Shown here: positions 20,651-31,278 of the stretch, piece by piece
How the letters are laid out: every line of letters begins with the position of its first letter
Position numbering within the stretch: position 1 is the stretch's first letter
IMG/VR virus record: IMGVR_UViG_3300021387_000036
Location: 32,001-96,000 of that record
Length of the DNA: 64,000 bases
From: a virus
Lineage: Duplodnaviria > Caudoviricetes
Reading direction: 5' to 3' (one strand)
Program-made: the position numbers and the translations under genes
The notes under the pieces: generated by a model
Seen by the model: the letters and a program-made list of their open reading frames with translations, nothing else
Told to the model about the DNA's origin: nothing
Database searches by the model: none

Positions 20651-21555
20651 TATTTAACTCCTTTGTTTCCATTATAACCAAAAGTATTAGCTTGATATAA
20701 TTCTATAAAATATCTTTCTTTTTCATTTAATTCAGCTTGACTACATTCTTCAATTAATTCAAAAGTGAAGTTATTTAAACCATATTCTTGCATAGCTTTA
20801 TATAGTTTGTTTCCTGGAGGAGTATCAATACCAAGCCCGCATTTACAGTGCTGGTTCCATCTAGTATAAATGTCGACTGCTTGACCAATATAACATTCAT
20901 CTGTAATTAAATTTGTTATTTTATAGATACCTGTTTTTGTTTTATCTTGAAGTATTTGCGGAAACTGCTTTTTAGCAAGAGGCTGCCAGTATGTCTTCCA
21001 GACTAACATACTTAATATACGAGGTTTATTTAATTCTCGTTTTACAATTTCAAGTCTGCGGGAATCCGCTAAATCTGCTTCAGACGGGATTAATCTATAA
21101 TTATCCTTGTTCTCTTTTACCTCTTGCTCTTTCAGCATGGCTTTATGAGCTGCCGCCTTTGTTGCTTTTAAGGTATCTAAATCTTTTTGAATCTCTTCTT
21201 TTTCTGCATACAGTTTATTAATTTGTATATCAAATTCTTCTTCTGTTTGAGCATATTTATCTTCAAGAATTTCAACATATTTCTGATAAGCATTTTCTGC
21301 AAGCTGTTCATTAGATAATGATAGATTCATTAATATATCATTATTTTTAACAATATCATTATTTAATTGGTTTTTTGTATCTTGTGCTTTTTCTATTTCA
21401 TTTAAAATGTATTTATGAGCTAAATCTAGCTTTTGATTATCATTCTTTAAATAATTATTATACTGTAAAGTCTTTTTATCTATTTCTACTTTTTTAGAAA
21501 GTAGAATCCCTAAAATGATACATATAATTATTAAAATAATAACTAAAAATATCAT
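20650..21555 (-). CDS. Membrane-anchored coiled-coil protein with C-terminal GIY-YIG nuclease domain
   Basis: N-terminal hydrophobic helix, central coiled coil, GIYKITN..CYIGQ..RW..H, LNEKE, GYN. Confidence 0.8.
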   Translation of the reverse strand: MIFLVIILIIICIILGILLSKKVEIDKKTLQYNNYLKNDNQKLDLAHKYILNEIEKAQDTKNQLNNDIVKNNDILMNLSLSNEQLAENAYQKYVEILEDKYAQTEEEFDIQINKLYAEKEEIQKDLDTLKATKAAAHKAMLKEQEVKENKDNYRLIPSEADLADSRRLEIVKRELNKPRILSMLVWKTYWQPLAKKQFPQILQDKTKTGIYKITNLITDECYIGQAVDIYTRWNQHCKCGLGIDTPPGNKLYKAMQEYGLNNFTFELIEECSQAELNEKERYFIELYQANTFGYNGNKGVK

Positions 21556-21652
21556 ATAATCTCCTTTTTAAAAAGGCTAGGCATTTTTGCCTAGCCTTGA
21601 AATGATAACAATTTTGTTGATGGCGGGTACTTAATTGTTATATTATATTTAA

Positions 21653-21994
21653 TTACTCTGCCTGCTTAGCAGCAAGTTTTTCCTGAGCAATTCTAAGCTC
21701 TTCAGCCTCGATAGACTCAACTGTTGAGTTACGTCCCTTCTCAGTACACTTAATGAACTTAACCTGCTTATGTGTTACATTTCCATCTTCATCTGTTACT
21801 TCAATCTCGCCAGGGATTCTCTCTACATAATCCTTGTTAGCCTTGTTCTTGCCTGTACCAACAAGTGCTGAAGTAATTATACCATTAACTTTCTGAATAC
21901 CAAGACCTGTTGCCTCAGCGATGTCAGGTGCTGTAATGTTCTCTCCCTCATGTTCCTTAATGTAATTAAATACTGTCTTTGAATCTGCCTTCAT
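21653..21994 (-). CDS. Winged-helix-like DNA-binding protein
   Basis: ITAPDIAEATGL...VNGIIT...KCTEKG; codon usage suggests high expression. Confidence 0.55.
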   Translation of the reverse strand: MKADSKTVFNYIKEHEGENITAPDIAEATGLGIQKVNGIITSALVGTGKNKANKDYVERIPGEIEVTDEDGNVTHKQVKFIKCTEKGRNSTVESIEAEELRIAQEKLAAKQAE

Positions 21995-22096
21995 GTTTCT
22001 TTTCTCCTTATATATATTATTTTATTTAAATAAGATGCTGGATGTTTTTTGCACCTTTATTTTATATAAATATTATACTAAAAATTTTTCTAAAAA

Positions 22097-22312
22097 TCAA
22101 TTAGCGTTGCCATACTTCTCAGTTATATACACATCTATTAAGAGTAGTTCTTCAGGATCAAGCGCCTGGGATAGTTTTATAAGTTCTTTCATAGAATCTT
22201 TATCTTCAGGGTTTTGTTCTAAAGCTTTTTCTAATTTCCATATTTTTTCAGCTTTTTTCTGTACTTTTCTACGAACTTCCCTATTTAATTTAGGCATGTC
22301 TTCGTTCATCAT
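22097..22312 (-). CDS. Hypothetical protein
   Basis: 71-aa ORF with GGAGG RBS. Confidence 0.65.
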   Translation of the reverse strand: MMNEDMPKLNREVRRKVQKKAEKIWKLEKALEQNPEDKDSMKELIKLSQALDPEELLLIDVYITEKYGNAN

Positions 22313-22616
22313 TATCCTCCCCTGATATAGTATACTCTGCGTCTCCTACAATCATAAGAGGACCGTTAAAAGATACTGCATTAGAAAATGCTTCAAACTC
22401 TGCATCTGTCATATAAAATTTCCATCCAACTAATTCTCCATTATAAAATACTTTTTCCATTCCATCAAGACACTCGCCCCTTATGACACCACCAGTATAC
22501 ATATTGGTTGTTAAAGTCCCTATACATTCATATGTTTTTCCATTATAGTTTACTAGAAAATGTACTCTTTTATTAAGAGGGCAATTAAATAAATTTGGTT
22601 CCCATACTTGTATCAT
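22290..22616 (-). CDS. Hypothetical protein
   Basis: 108-aa ORF coupled to the ligA stop. Confidence 0.65.
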   Translation of the reverse strand: MIQVWEPNLFNCPLNKRVHFLVNYNGKTYECIGTLTTNMYTGGVIRGECLDGMEKVFYNGELVGWKFYMTDAEFEAFSNAVSFNGPLMIVGDAEYTISGEDNDERRHA

Positions 22617-24571
22617 TTTATCATCTCCATTAAATCTGATTCTGTAATAATAGGAATATTTAGTTCTTTAGCTTTTTTATTTTTTGCGGAAGTGCTATTT
22701 ATATCATTATTTATTAAATAATTAGTTTTTGTAGAAATTGATGACAAAACTTTTCCGCCATTAGATTCTATTAAGTCTATTAATTCTTGTCTATTCTTAA
22801 AATTTTGAAGTTTTCCTGTTATTACAAAATTCTGAGTTTCTAATTTAACAGTTTTGTCCAAATGCTCTTCAGGTTTAAATGTCATATAATTTACAATAGC
22901 ATCAGCCTCTGTATAATCAAATTTATGAAGTGCGGAATCCATTTCATATCCAAAACCATTCCATCGTGTAAAATCAAAATTAGTATCTATTAAATCTCTA
23001 AATTCTTTCCAAGTTTCTACTTTTTCACAAATTTGTTTTGATACACGGGAACCGATTAAAGGTATCCCTAATCCAGATATAAATGCGTGAAGCGGGGCTT
23101 CCGCAAGTCTATCATCAATAGCTTTAAGTATTTTATCTACTGATGCCTGACCAAAACCTGGTTTACTAATCCATTCTGCACGATGTTCTTTTAACTTAGG
23201 AATATCTGTTATATTATCAACCCATCCCCAATCTATAAGTTTTTCAAGAGTTTTTTCTGAAAGTCCTTTAATATCGAGACCTTTCTTTCCGCAGAAATGG
23301 TTAAGTCTCTGAATTAATTTACCCGCACATTGAGGATTATCACATCTTAATTCTTCAACACCTGTTTCAGATTTCCATATATCACAAATACTTCCGCAAG
23401 CTGGACATACAAAATATCCATCTATACCATTGCGGTCACAGGTTGCACCACCCGCCGCAACTATTTCTCCATAATCTCTTTTATCTGCCCATGTAATTTG
23501 TGGAATTATCATGTTCATTTTTGCAACCTTAATGCGTTCACCATAATATGGGTCACGTCCAAGAGTATCATACATAACACTCATATTATGAAGTGAAGCT
23601 CTTTCAACCGTAGAGCCATCTATATCAATAGGTTCAAATACAGCCACAGGTGTTAAAACACCATTTCTTGATACATCGTAGTCAATATCTATTAATCTTG
23701 TTTCATATTCTTCATCATAAAATTTATAAGCAAGCCCGCCTTTGAAGTGATGGTCTGTTTTTCCAGCTGCATTATATTCGATAGCTTTATTATATTTAAA
23801 TACTACTCCGTCGATTGGATATGAAAGTGCTTCACATCTATTTTTAATCCATGTTATAGAATTTTCTTCGTCATATATATTATAAGTATATGGAACGATA
23901 ATAAATCTATGATGAAAAAGAAAATCCAATTTTTCATTCATATCAAAACCTGGAGTTATTATATCCCATGCTACAAAAGTAAGGTTTCTATTATGACACT
24001 CTTTATTATTAAGAAGTCTAATACTGCCTGCTGCATAGTTACGAGGATTTTTATATCCTTCACCAACTTCTTCAAAATCTTTGTAAGTACAAATTATTTC
24101 TCCATCAACAGTAAGAGGTTTTTTATATCTAATTTTTTTAGGTATAGAAGGAATAACAAGAGCATTGTGAGTTATATCTTCTCCAACCTCACCATTCCCT
24201 CTTGTTTCTGCAGAAATCAGCTTTCCGCCCTCATAATGTAAAGAACAAGTTAAACCATCCATTTTAGCCATAACAATGTATTCTTTATTACCAATAAAAG
24301 ATTTAACTTCTTCTATATTTTTTGTTTTATTAAGAGATAACATCGGATGATTATGCTTAACTTTTTTAAGTTCACTTACTTCTTCAAAATGAATAACTTG
24401 AGTAGGTGAATCTGGCTGAATACAATTAGGATATTCCTTTTCATATTCTACAACTTCAAAATACCAATCATCCCACTGTTTATCTGAAACTATTGGATGA
24501 CCTTCATCATATGCTTTTGTCCATGCGTTAAGACATTTTATATGGTTAATATAAGTTTCATAGCTAATCAT
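22613..24571 (-). CDS. ligA: NAD-dependent DNA ligase
   Basis: HPMLSL, KMDG adenylation motif, TRGNG, DGVV, Zn finger, HhH and BRCT (VITG...SISTKT). Confidence 0.95.
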   Translation of the reverse strand: MISYETYINHIKCLNAWTKAYDEGHPIVSDKQWDDWYFEVVEYEKEYPNCIQPDSPTQVIHFEEVSELKKVKHNHPMLSLNKTKNIEEVKSFIGNKEYIVMAKMDGLTCSLHYEGGKLISAETRGNGEVGEDITHNALVIPSIPKKIRYKKPLTVDGEIICTYKDFEEVGEGYKNPRNYAAGSIRLLNNKECHNRNLTFVAWDIITPGFDMNEKLDFLFHHRFIIVPYTYNIYDEENSITWIKNRCEALSYPIDGVVFKYNKAIEYNAAGKTDHHFKGGLAYKFYDEEYETRLIDIDYDVSRNGVLTPVAVFEPIDIDGSTVERASLHNMSVMYDTLGRDPYYGERIKVAKMNMIIPQITWADKRDYGEIVAAGGATCDRNGIDGYFVCPACGSICDIWKSETGVEELRCDNPQCAGKLIQRLNHFCGKKGLDIKGLSEKTLEKLIDWGWVDNITDIPKLKEHRAEWISKPGFGQASVDKILKAIDDRLAEAPLHAFISGLGIPLIGSRVSKQICEKVETWKEFRDLIDTNFDFTRWNGFGYEMDSALHKFDYTEADAIVNYMTFKPEEHLDKTVKLETQNFVITGKLQNFKNRQELIDLIESNGGKVLSSISTKTNYLINNDINSTSAKNKKAKELNIPIITESDLMEMIK

Positions 24572-24574
24572 ATT

Positions 24575-24749
24575 TATTACCTCAATTTCCTCAATAAAGA
24601 CTTAAAATATTCTAATTCTTCTTTATCTTCTTTATCTCTATCTTCATCCTCACTAATACAACAACATTCAGATTTCCATATGCTAGTAGCTTCTTCAACT
24701 TTTTCTTTATATAGTTCATAAAGTTCATCTATTACCTCATTCATATTCA
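24575..24749 (-). CDS. Small acidic hypothetical protein (below ORF-track cutoff)
   Basis: GAGGTG RBS; MNMNEVIDELYELYKEK... fills the gap between radical SAM gene and ligA. Confidence 0.5.
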
Positions 24750-24758
24750 TCACCTCTT

Positions 24759-25298
24759 TTATATTTTTCTAAATATACTATCTGGATTTGGTTTAAAATC
24801 TTTTTGCCATTTTCTTTCTTTAAAAATAAAATTTTTATCATATACAATTTTATCTTTGAATTGAGGAAAAACATATATAAGTATATTTTTATTAAGAGAA
24901 CGAATTATAGGACGCTTTCTAATATAGTTATTAAAAATGAATGCATCTACTGTACTTTTAATCGAAATTGTTAATCCATCTATATAAGATAACTTACCAT
25001 TATCCATTAAATAAGAACCTAACTCCGCAGCATTTGTATAAACAATAACTTTCTTAATATTTTTATATAGATGTTTATATTTTTTAGCAATATTATAAGG
25101 GTTACTATAAATAAAAGGTTCTCCTCCAGTTATATATATTTCTTCAGCATTTTGTAATTCTTCATGTATAACATATGGAATAGTATTTAAGTCATACTGA
25201 TTATTACAACAATCAGGACACGTTCTATCACATAATGAAGTAACCATTAAATGAATCTTTTTTTGAGTGATTTCTGTTTTCTCATTTAAACTTGCCAT
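24759..25298 (-). CDS. Small radical SAM protein (activase-like)
   Basis: CDRTCPDCC (CxxxCxxC), ITGGEP, VYTN. Confidence 0.85.
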   Translation of the reverse strand: MASLNEKTEITQKKIHLMVTSLCDRTCPDCCNNQYDLNTIPYVIHEELQNAEEIYITGGEPFIYSNPYNIAKKYKHLYKNIKKVIVYTNAAELGSYLMDNGKLSYIDGLTISIKSTVDAFIFNNYIRKRPIIRSLNKNILIYVFPQFKDKIVYDKNFIFKERKWQKDFKPNPDSIFRKI

Positions 25299-25300
25299 AG

Positions 25301-25576
25301 TTATTTATCACCCCACTGAATTAAATGATATATATTTAAAATATCATTATTATTTTTTTCTACAATATTTTCATTATCTATATTAATAACAACATATCCT
25401 TCTGTTTTTAGTATTTCACAAACAGTAGGCATTAAATGTATATTAACATAACACTGTCTTAGCCCTTTATTAGCAGCTTCTTTAATTAATACATTTACTA
25501 TTGCTATTTCATCATTTATTTCACCTTTGTTTAATTCCGAAATTCTTTTTGCTTCATCTATTTTTATTAATCCCAT
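25301..25576 (-). CDS. Hypothetical protein
   Basis: ORF with GGAG RBS downstream of class I promoter. Confidence 0.6.
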   Translation of the reverse strand: MGLIKIDEAKRISELNKGEINDEIAIVNVLIKEAANKGLRQCYVNIHLMPTVCEILKTEGYVVINIDNENIVEKNNNDILNIYHLIQWGDK

Positions 25577-25646
25577 ATTTTTATCTCCCATTTCTTTTAT
25601 CTATAATAATTATATCAAAAATTTTAATAAAATGCAAAAAGAGGAG

Positions 25647-25904
25647 CTAATGCTCCTCTTTAATCTCTATACTATTTTCAATCATTATATCTATTTTTTT
25701 ACCACGCATAAAAATACAGGTATACGGTTTATGATGCAAATTAAATTGTTTAACTATTTCATCTACATAATATCCATGTATCTCTATATGACAATTATTG
25801 CAATGTAAATGTAATACACCTGGCCCACTCATATCAAAATTCCACCATGTTTGAGTATTACAATTTGGACATATAGGAGGATTATCTAATAATTGCTTTG
25901 TCAT
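25647..25904 (-). CDS. Zn-ribbon hypothetical protein
   Basis: CPNC...CNNC motifs; coupled to gyrA stop. Confidence 0.6.
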   Translation of the reverse strand: MTKQLLDNPPICPNCNTQTWWNFDMSGPGVLHLHCNNCHIEIHGYYVDEIVKQFNLHHKPYTCIFMRGKKIDIMIENSIEIKEEH

Positions 25905-28228
25905 AACTTAATTACTCTTTCAATTTTACTACCATTCACTATCTGAACACCTGCGGCGGTGCGTCCTAAGACAGGTATACTCTTGGCCTCTATACAGATG
26001 GAATTTGGTCTTCCGATGATAAGTAAGCTATCGCTGTCGTCGACAAGGGCTCCGCCAGATACTTTATTTTCTGAAATAATAACTCCGACTCCGCCTCTTC
26101 CTTGCAATGGAATGTCAGAGGTTTTAACTCGTTTCCCAAGCCCAGATATTGTAAATATACTAGCGTCATTATTTTGTGATACAGGTAATCCGACAAGAAC
26201 TTCATCTCCTTCTTTAAGTTTAATAGCTTTGACTCCTGATGCAATTCTACCAATAGGAGCTATGTCTTTAGTTCCAAATTTAATTGACATACCATTTTTA
26301 GTAATTACTATTACATCTTCATCATTAAGAAGGGTTACATTCGCAAGAGAATCACCATCTTTAAACTTAATAGCCTGAATTCCAGTTGTTTTCTTTGTGC
26401 TTTTAAATTCTTCAAGTTTAGTCTTTTTAATAAGACCATTTTTTGTGAAGAACACTACATATTTTGCGTTAGTATCTTTAAATTGTGAAGTTACATACAT
26501 AACTTTTTCATTTAAATTCATTTTTAATATAGTTGCAAGATTAACTCCCTTTGAAGCATTAGTTCCTTCTGGAATGTTATCTACTAATAATCTAAACATT
26601 CTACCTTCAGAAGTAAAGATAAGGAGTGTATCAACAGTATTAGTTGAGATAGATGATAATATTACATCATCTTTAGTTTTAACTCCCTTACCATTTCTTT
26701 TCTGTGTTTTAAATGATACTTTAGGAATTCGTTTAATATCTCCTGACTGAGTACATATTACTACTACATCTTGCGGTTCTACTAAAACAGTTTCTTTTTC
26801 TTCTCTAGGTACTTCGATTTGCGCGAGCTCTGTCCTACGCGCGTCACCATACTTGCTAACTATATTATTTAATCTAGCTTTAAGTTCTTTAATCTGACAT
26901 GGGCGGTCACTTATTAATTCTTCAAGTTCTGCAATCTTCTTCTTTAAATCTTCTTTTTCATTTTCAAGTTTAACACCTTCCAATTTAGCAAGAGAAGAAA
27001 GTTTCATATTTAAGATTGCGGTAACCTGATTCTCCGTGAATCCATACTTCTCGATTAAGGCAACTTTAGCGGCAGCCGCGCTTTCAGATTTCTTAATCAT
27101 AGCTATAATATTATCAATATCTGCTAAAGCTATAAGTAAACCTTCAACTATTTCTAATCTAGCAAGTGCTTTATCTCTATCAAAAAGTGCTTCCCGCACA
27201 ATACAATCTAAATTATGGTCAACATAAATCTTAATACAATCTTTAAGATTTAATTCAGTTGGAGTTTTACCAACAAGACCTACCATATTATAAGAGAATG
27301 AACTTTGCATATTTGTATGAGCAAAAATCTTATTAGCTATAATATCAGGATTTGCGCCACGCGCACACTCTACTACTATTCTAATTCCTTTTTTATTTGT
27401 TTCATCTCTTATATCATTAATATTATCAAGTTTACCATCTTCAGCTGCCTGACCAATTTCTGCAACTAACCCTTCTATTGTCTGACCATACGGAATTTCA
27501 TAAAATACAATATTATTCTTTTCTACTTTATATTTACCCCTAATTTTAACTGAACCATGACCAGTTTTCATTATATTAGGGATGTCATTTTTATTTATTA
27601 CAACCCCACCTGTTGGGAAATCAGGACCTGGCAACATAGGTTCCTTACCTTCAAGGTAATCTAATATTGCGGCAGCTACTTCATTAAGATTATGTGGTGC
27701 CCATTTACAAGCCATAGCCACGCCTATACCTTCATTTGGATTACAAAGAAGGTTAGGGAAGATGGCTGGAAGTGTTATTGGTTCTTCACCTGTTTCATCA
27801 TAAGTTGGGATAAAATCTACATTACCTTTCTTTAATCCCTGAAGCAAACCATCTTCCGCAATTTTACTCAAACGGGCTTCGGTGTAACGCATATGAGCTG
27901 GACCATCTCCAGTAACATTACCATTATTACCATGAAAGTCAATTAATGGATACCTCATAACCCAATCTTGAGATAGTCTAACTAATGCTCCATATATTGA
28001 ACTGTCACCATGTGGATGTAATGAACCCATTACATCACCGACAATACGAGCTGCTTTAACGTGAGCTTTATTTGAAGTTCTACCTGTATCATACGCGCCA
28101 TAAAGAATCCTTCGTGCAACAGGTTTAAGACCTGACTTACTATCAGGAATACTTCGGTCTGTGTTGACGGCAACCGCATATTCTATGAAATTAGTACCTA
28201 ATTCTTTTATTACATCATTGTTCTGCAT
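25901..28228 (-). CDS. gyrA: DNA gyrase subunit A
   Basis: SGLKPVARR, HPHGD, catalytic AHMRYTE, GyrA-box QKRNGKG, beta-pinwheel repeats. Confidence 0.93.
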   Translation of the reverse strand: MQNNDVIKELGTNFIEYAVAVNTDRSIPDSKSGLKPVARRILYGAYDTGRTSNKAHVKAARIVGDVMGSLHPHGDSSIYGALVRLSQDWVMRYPLIDFHGNNGNVTGDGPAHMRYTEARLSKIAEDGLLQGLKKGNVDFIPTYDETGEEPITLPAIFPNLLCNPNEGIGVAMACKWAPHNLNEVAAAILDYLEGKEPMLPGPDFPTGGVVINKNDIPNIMKTGHGSVKIRGKYKVEKNNIVFYEIPYGQTIEGLVAEIGQAAEDGKLDNINDIRDETNKKGIRIVVECARGANPDIIANKIFAHTNMQSSFSYNMVGLVGKTPTELNLKDCIKIYVDHNLDCIVREALFDRDKALARLEIVEGLLIALADIDNIIAMIKKSESAAAAKVALIEKYGFTENQVTAILNMKLSSLAKLEGVKLENEKEDLKKKIAELEELISDRPCQIKELKARLNNIVSKYGDARRTELAQIEVPREEKETVLVEPQDVVVICTQSGDIKRIPKVSFKTQKRNGKGVKTKDDVILSSISTNTVDTLLIFTSEGRMFRLLVDNIPEGTNASKGVNLATILKMNLNEKVMYVTSQFKDTNAKYVVFFTKNGLIKKTKLEEFKSTKKTTGIQAIKFKDGDSLANVTLLNDEDVIVITKNGMSIKFGTKDIAPIGRIASGVKAIKLKEGDEVLVGLPVSQNNDASIFTISGLGKRVKTSDIPLQGRGGVGVIISENKVSGGALVDDSDSLLIIGRPNSICIEAKSIPVLGRTAAGVQIVNGSKIERVIKL

Positions 28229-28230
28229 AA

Positions 28231-28458
28231 TTACACATCCTCCTCCGTAAATCCTGCTTCCCAAAGTACTTTAGAAGGAGCCATCCACTCTATCTTATTA
28301 TGAGGTATAATAATATGCCCGCCGCATCCATTAAGTTTAAAACAAATATTTGTTGAAGATATATTTTCTATTGAGCCACAAAATTCTCGTTTAATAGTTG
28401 TTTTAGGCATATAAAAATCATCTTTTAAATGTACTATGTATCTAATTTTATTTTTCAT
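28231..28458 (-). CDS. Small hypothetical protein between gyrB and gyrA
   Basis: AGGAG RBS, MKNKIRYIVHLK...; fills the gyrB-gyrA gap exactly. Confidence 0.6.
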   Translation of the reverse strand: MKNKIRYIVHLKDDFYMPKTTIKREFCGSIENISSTNICFKLNGCGGHIIIPHNKIEWMAPSKVLWEAGFTEEDV

Positions 28459-28462
28459 ATTT

Positions 28463-30376
28463 TTACTCCTGATTATATGTGGCTTCTTCTGAATGAGCCT
28501 TGATATATTCTTTTCTTCCAATTACACCAGTTCCCATAAGTTTATCAAAAAGTGCGTCCGCAGCTTTTATATCACTTACCGAGATCTGTTTTATAATTCT
28601 TTCATCTGGATTTGTAAGAGTTTTTTCTGTCTCCTCAACATCCATCTCACCGAGACCTTTCATACGTCCAACCTGATATTTCTTACCAGCATGAGATTTT
28701 CTATATTCTTCAAGAGCCTCGTCATTTTTAAGATAAATATATTTATCTTTACCTTCAGTTATTTTATAAAGCGGCGGCACTCCCGCATAAACATAACCAT
28801 CTTCTATAAGTTGTGGACAGAAGTTCCATATGAATGTATAGAATAGATTCTTAATATGCGCGCCATCAACATCGGCATCAGACATTATAATTATCTTACC
28901 ATATCTTAAATCATCTTCATCATATGTTAATTTCATTGTTTTTGGGTCAACTTTAAGTCCAAAAGCGTCAATCATTGTCATAATCTCTGCATTTTTTCTT
29001 ATTTTATCTAAAGTAGCTTTCTGGGTATTCAAAATTTTACCTCTGACTGGCATGACTGCTTGGAACTCGTTATTACGCGCCATTTTGAGATTGCCTGATG
29101 CAGAATCACCCTCTGTTATATATATTTCACACTTCATTCTATCTTTACTATAACAGTCAGCTAACTTCTTATCAAATTTAAGTGCTTTTTCTTTTTTCTT
29201 GTTCATTCCGCGGGCTGTCTCTCTAGCTTTTTTAGCAGCTTCCCGCGCCTTCTTAGCATTTATAGCTTTATCTGCTATTGCTTTTATTTCTTTTTCATTT
29301 GTTTCTAACCAAATTCTTAAATTTTCTGCAATGACCTGTGTGAATATTGTGGTTTCGATTTTGTTTACATGGGACTTCACCTGTGCGTCGTATCCAACAT
29401 TCGGGGCTGTCATATTGAATACAATATACATACCCTCTTGAATATCGTCACCAGATAAGTTCTCATCTTTATCTTTTAACCATTTCTTATCTCTAAAGAA
29501 TTTATTAAATTCTCTTGTAAGTAAAGTTTTAATTTGTGTAATATGTGGACCAGATTCTGTTAAACCTGTGTTTACATATGGGACAATAGTAGATGAATAA
29601 TTTGAAGTATATGTTAATACCATATCCATCTTATATTTACCTTCAGTAAATTGCATATTAAATCTATTTTTTATAATTTCATTATCTTTAACAGCATCAT
29701 CTACTAAATCATTAAGTCCATGCTCTGAATAGAAATTAGTTACTGTTCCATTGTCATTCAGCTCTATTGTTAAACCAGGGCATAGACAAGCAATAGTTTT
29801 AAATAAAGATTTAATTTTATTTATCTCTACTTCTGTATGAGTAAAAAATTCTTCAGATGGCTGCCAACATACTGTTGTTCCATGTAAATCTTTTGAAACA
29901 ACATTTATTTTTCTATTATCAAAAATACCTTCTTTAAAAGTTATTTGTTCCTCTTTTCCATCTCTAAAAGTACAAACTCTTAATTCATGTGAAAGAAAAG
30001 TAGTAATTTTACTACCTATACCAAACGAACCTAAAGAAGTTCCTTCATAGGTTCCGTCTTCTCTATATTTTCCCGATGTATTAAGAACACTAAATGCAGC
30101 TTCAAGAATAGTTTTTCCATCTTCTCTTTTTTCATTTACAAGAAAGCCCTGTCCATAATCTTGAACAGTAACTATATCTTTATCAATACTTACCTCAATG
30201 CGATCGCCATGTCCAAGGCGGAATTCATCGACTGCATTAGATACTATTTCAACCAAAAGCTGTGTTGAATAAGTACAATCACCTGCATATATTTGAGGTC
30301 TGAGCCTAGTGAATTCAAGGGGCGAAAGTGATTCAATACTATCTTTCGTATAAAGTTTCTTATCTACTCCTCCCAT
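28463..30376 (-). CDS. gyrB: DNA gyrase subunit B
   Basis: EIVSNAVDE, D.G.G GHKL motifs, EGDSA, PVRGKILN, DADVDG, KGLGEM. Confidence 0.94.
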   Translation of the reverse strand: MGGVDKKLYTKDSIESLSPLEFTRLRPQIYAGDCTYSTQLLVEIVSNAVDEFRLGHGDRIEVSIDKDIVTVQDYGQGFLVNEKREDGKTILEAAFSVLNTSGKYREDGTYEGTSLGSFGIGSKITTFLSHELRVCTFRDGKEEQITFKEGIFDNRKINVVSKDLHGTTVCWQPSEEFFTHTEVEINKIKSLFKTIACLCPGLTIELNDNGTVTNFYSEHGLNDLVDDAVKDNEIIKNRFNMQFTEGKYKMDMVLTYTSNYSSTIVPYVNTGLTESGPHITQIKTLLTREFNKFFRDKKWLKDKDENLSGDDIQEGMYIVFNMTAPNVGYDAQVKSHVNKIETTIFTQVIAENLRIWLETNEKEIKAIADKAINAKKAREAAKKARETARGMNKKKEKALKFDKKLADCYSKDRMKCEIYITEGDSASGNLKMARNNEFQAVMPVRGKILNTQKATLDKIRKNAEIMTMIDAFGLKVDPKTMKLTYDEDDLRYGKIIIMSDADVDGAHIKNLFYTFIWNFCPQLIEDGYVYAGVPPLYKITEGKDKYIYLKNDEALEEYRKSHAGKKYQVGRMKGLGEMDVEETEKTLTNPDERIIKQISVSDIKAADALFDKLMGTGVIGRKEYIKAHSEEATYNQE

Positions 30377-30579
30377 GTTTCAACCTCTTTTCTTAAATTA
30401 TCAATTAACATTAAAGCTTCCTTTTTACCAACCCATTCTTGCTTCATAGATTTTGGAAGTAAAAGAAACTTCTGATTAATTCTCTTATGAAAATTCTCAA
30501 TCTCTTGTGCTAAATCTACAATAGCTTGTGAGTTAGAATCTTCTAAATCGTAATAAATTACTGAATATTTATTTTCCAT
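30364..30579 (-). CDS. Hypothetical protein
   Basis: 71-aa ORF with RBS and class I promoter. Confidence 0.65.
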   Translation of the reverse strand: MENKYSVIYYDLEDSNSQAIVDLAQEIENFHKRINQKFLLLPKSMKQEWVGKKEALMLIDNLRKEVETWEE

Positions 30580-30677
30580 TCAAAATCTCCTTCGATTTTT
30601 TCTTATAAGAAAATTATATCAAAAATTCTCAAAAAAGTCAAAAGAGAAGCAATTAAGCTTCTCTAGTTATTGTGAAA

Positions 30678-31166
30678 TTAGAAATCTTCAATATTATATT
30701 TTCGACATAGTGTTATATATTTTTGTTTATTTGCGGAAGCTATTGCATCTGCAAGTTCATTACCAAGATGTCCACTATGTCCAGATACTTTGATTATTGT
30801 AAATTTATTTTTATATTTTGTTAAATAATCATAAGCTATTTTTACTAAATCTAAATTTTCTACTTCATGTCCTTTGCTATTTTTCCAATCGTTTCCCGCC
30901 CATTTCCATATCCAACTATTTAGCATATTAACACAATAAGCGGAATCTGAATATATATTTATATTATCTTCTATATCATTAAAGCGTTCAAATATATGAA
31001 TAATAGCTTTTAATTCTTCTCTATTATTAGTTGTATTATCACAATCTTGATATTTATAATAATTAACATAGTTTTTATTATCTTTATTTTCTATCTCTAT
31101 TACCGCAAAACCACCAGGTCCTCCAGGGTTGTGCGAACATGAACCATCAGTAAAAAAATATCTCAT
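30678..31166 (-). CDS. rnhA: Ribonuclease HI
   Basis: FTDGSC, TTNNREEL, YSDSAY, V.NLDL, GHSG..GNELAD. Confidence 0.93.
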   Translation of the reverse strand: MRYFFTDGSCSHNPGGPGGFAVIEIENKDNKNYVNYYKYQDCDNTTNNREELKAIIHIFERFNDIEDNINIYSDSAYCVNMLNSWIWKWAGNDWKNSKGHEVENLDLVKIAYDYLTKYKNKFTIIKVSGHSGHLGNELADAIASANKQKYITLCRKYNIEDF

Positions 31167-31278
31167 ATTTTGATTTTCCTTTTCCTTTTTTTATATTATA
31201 AAAAAATTTTTAATAAAAATCAAATAGACAAAAAAATAAGGAGACTTATTATATTAATATAATAAGTCTCCTTAATAA

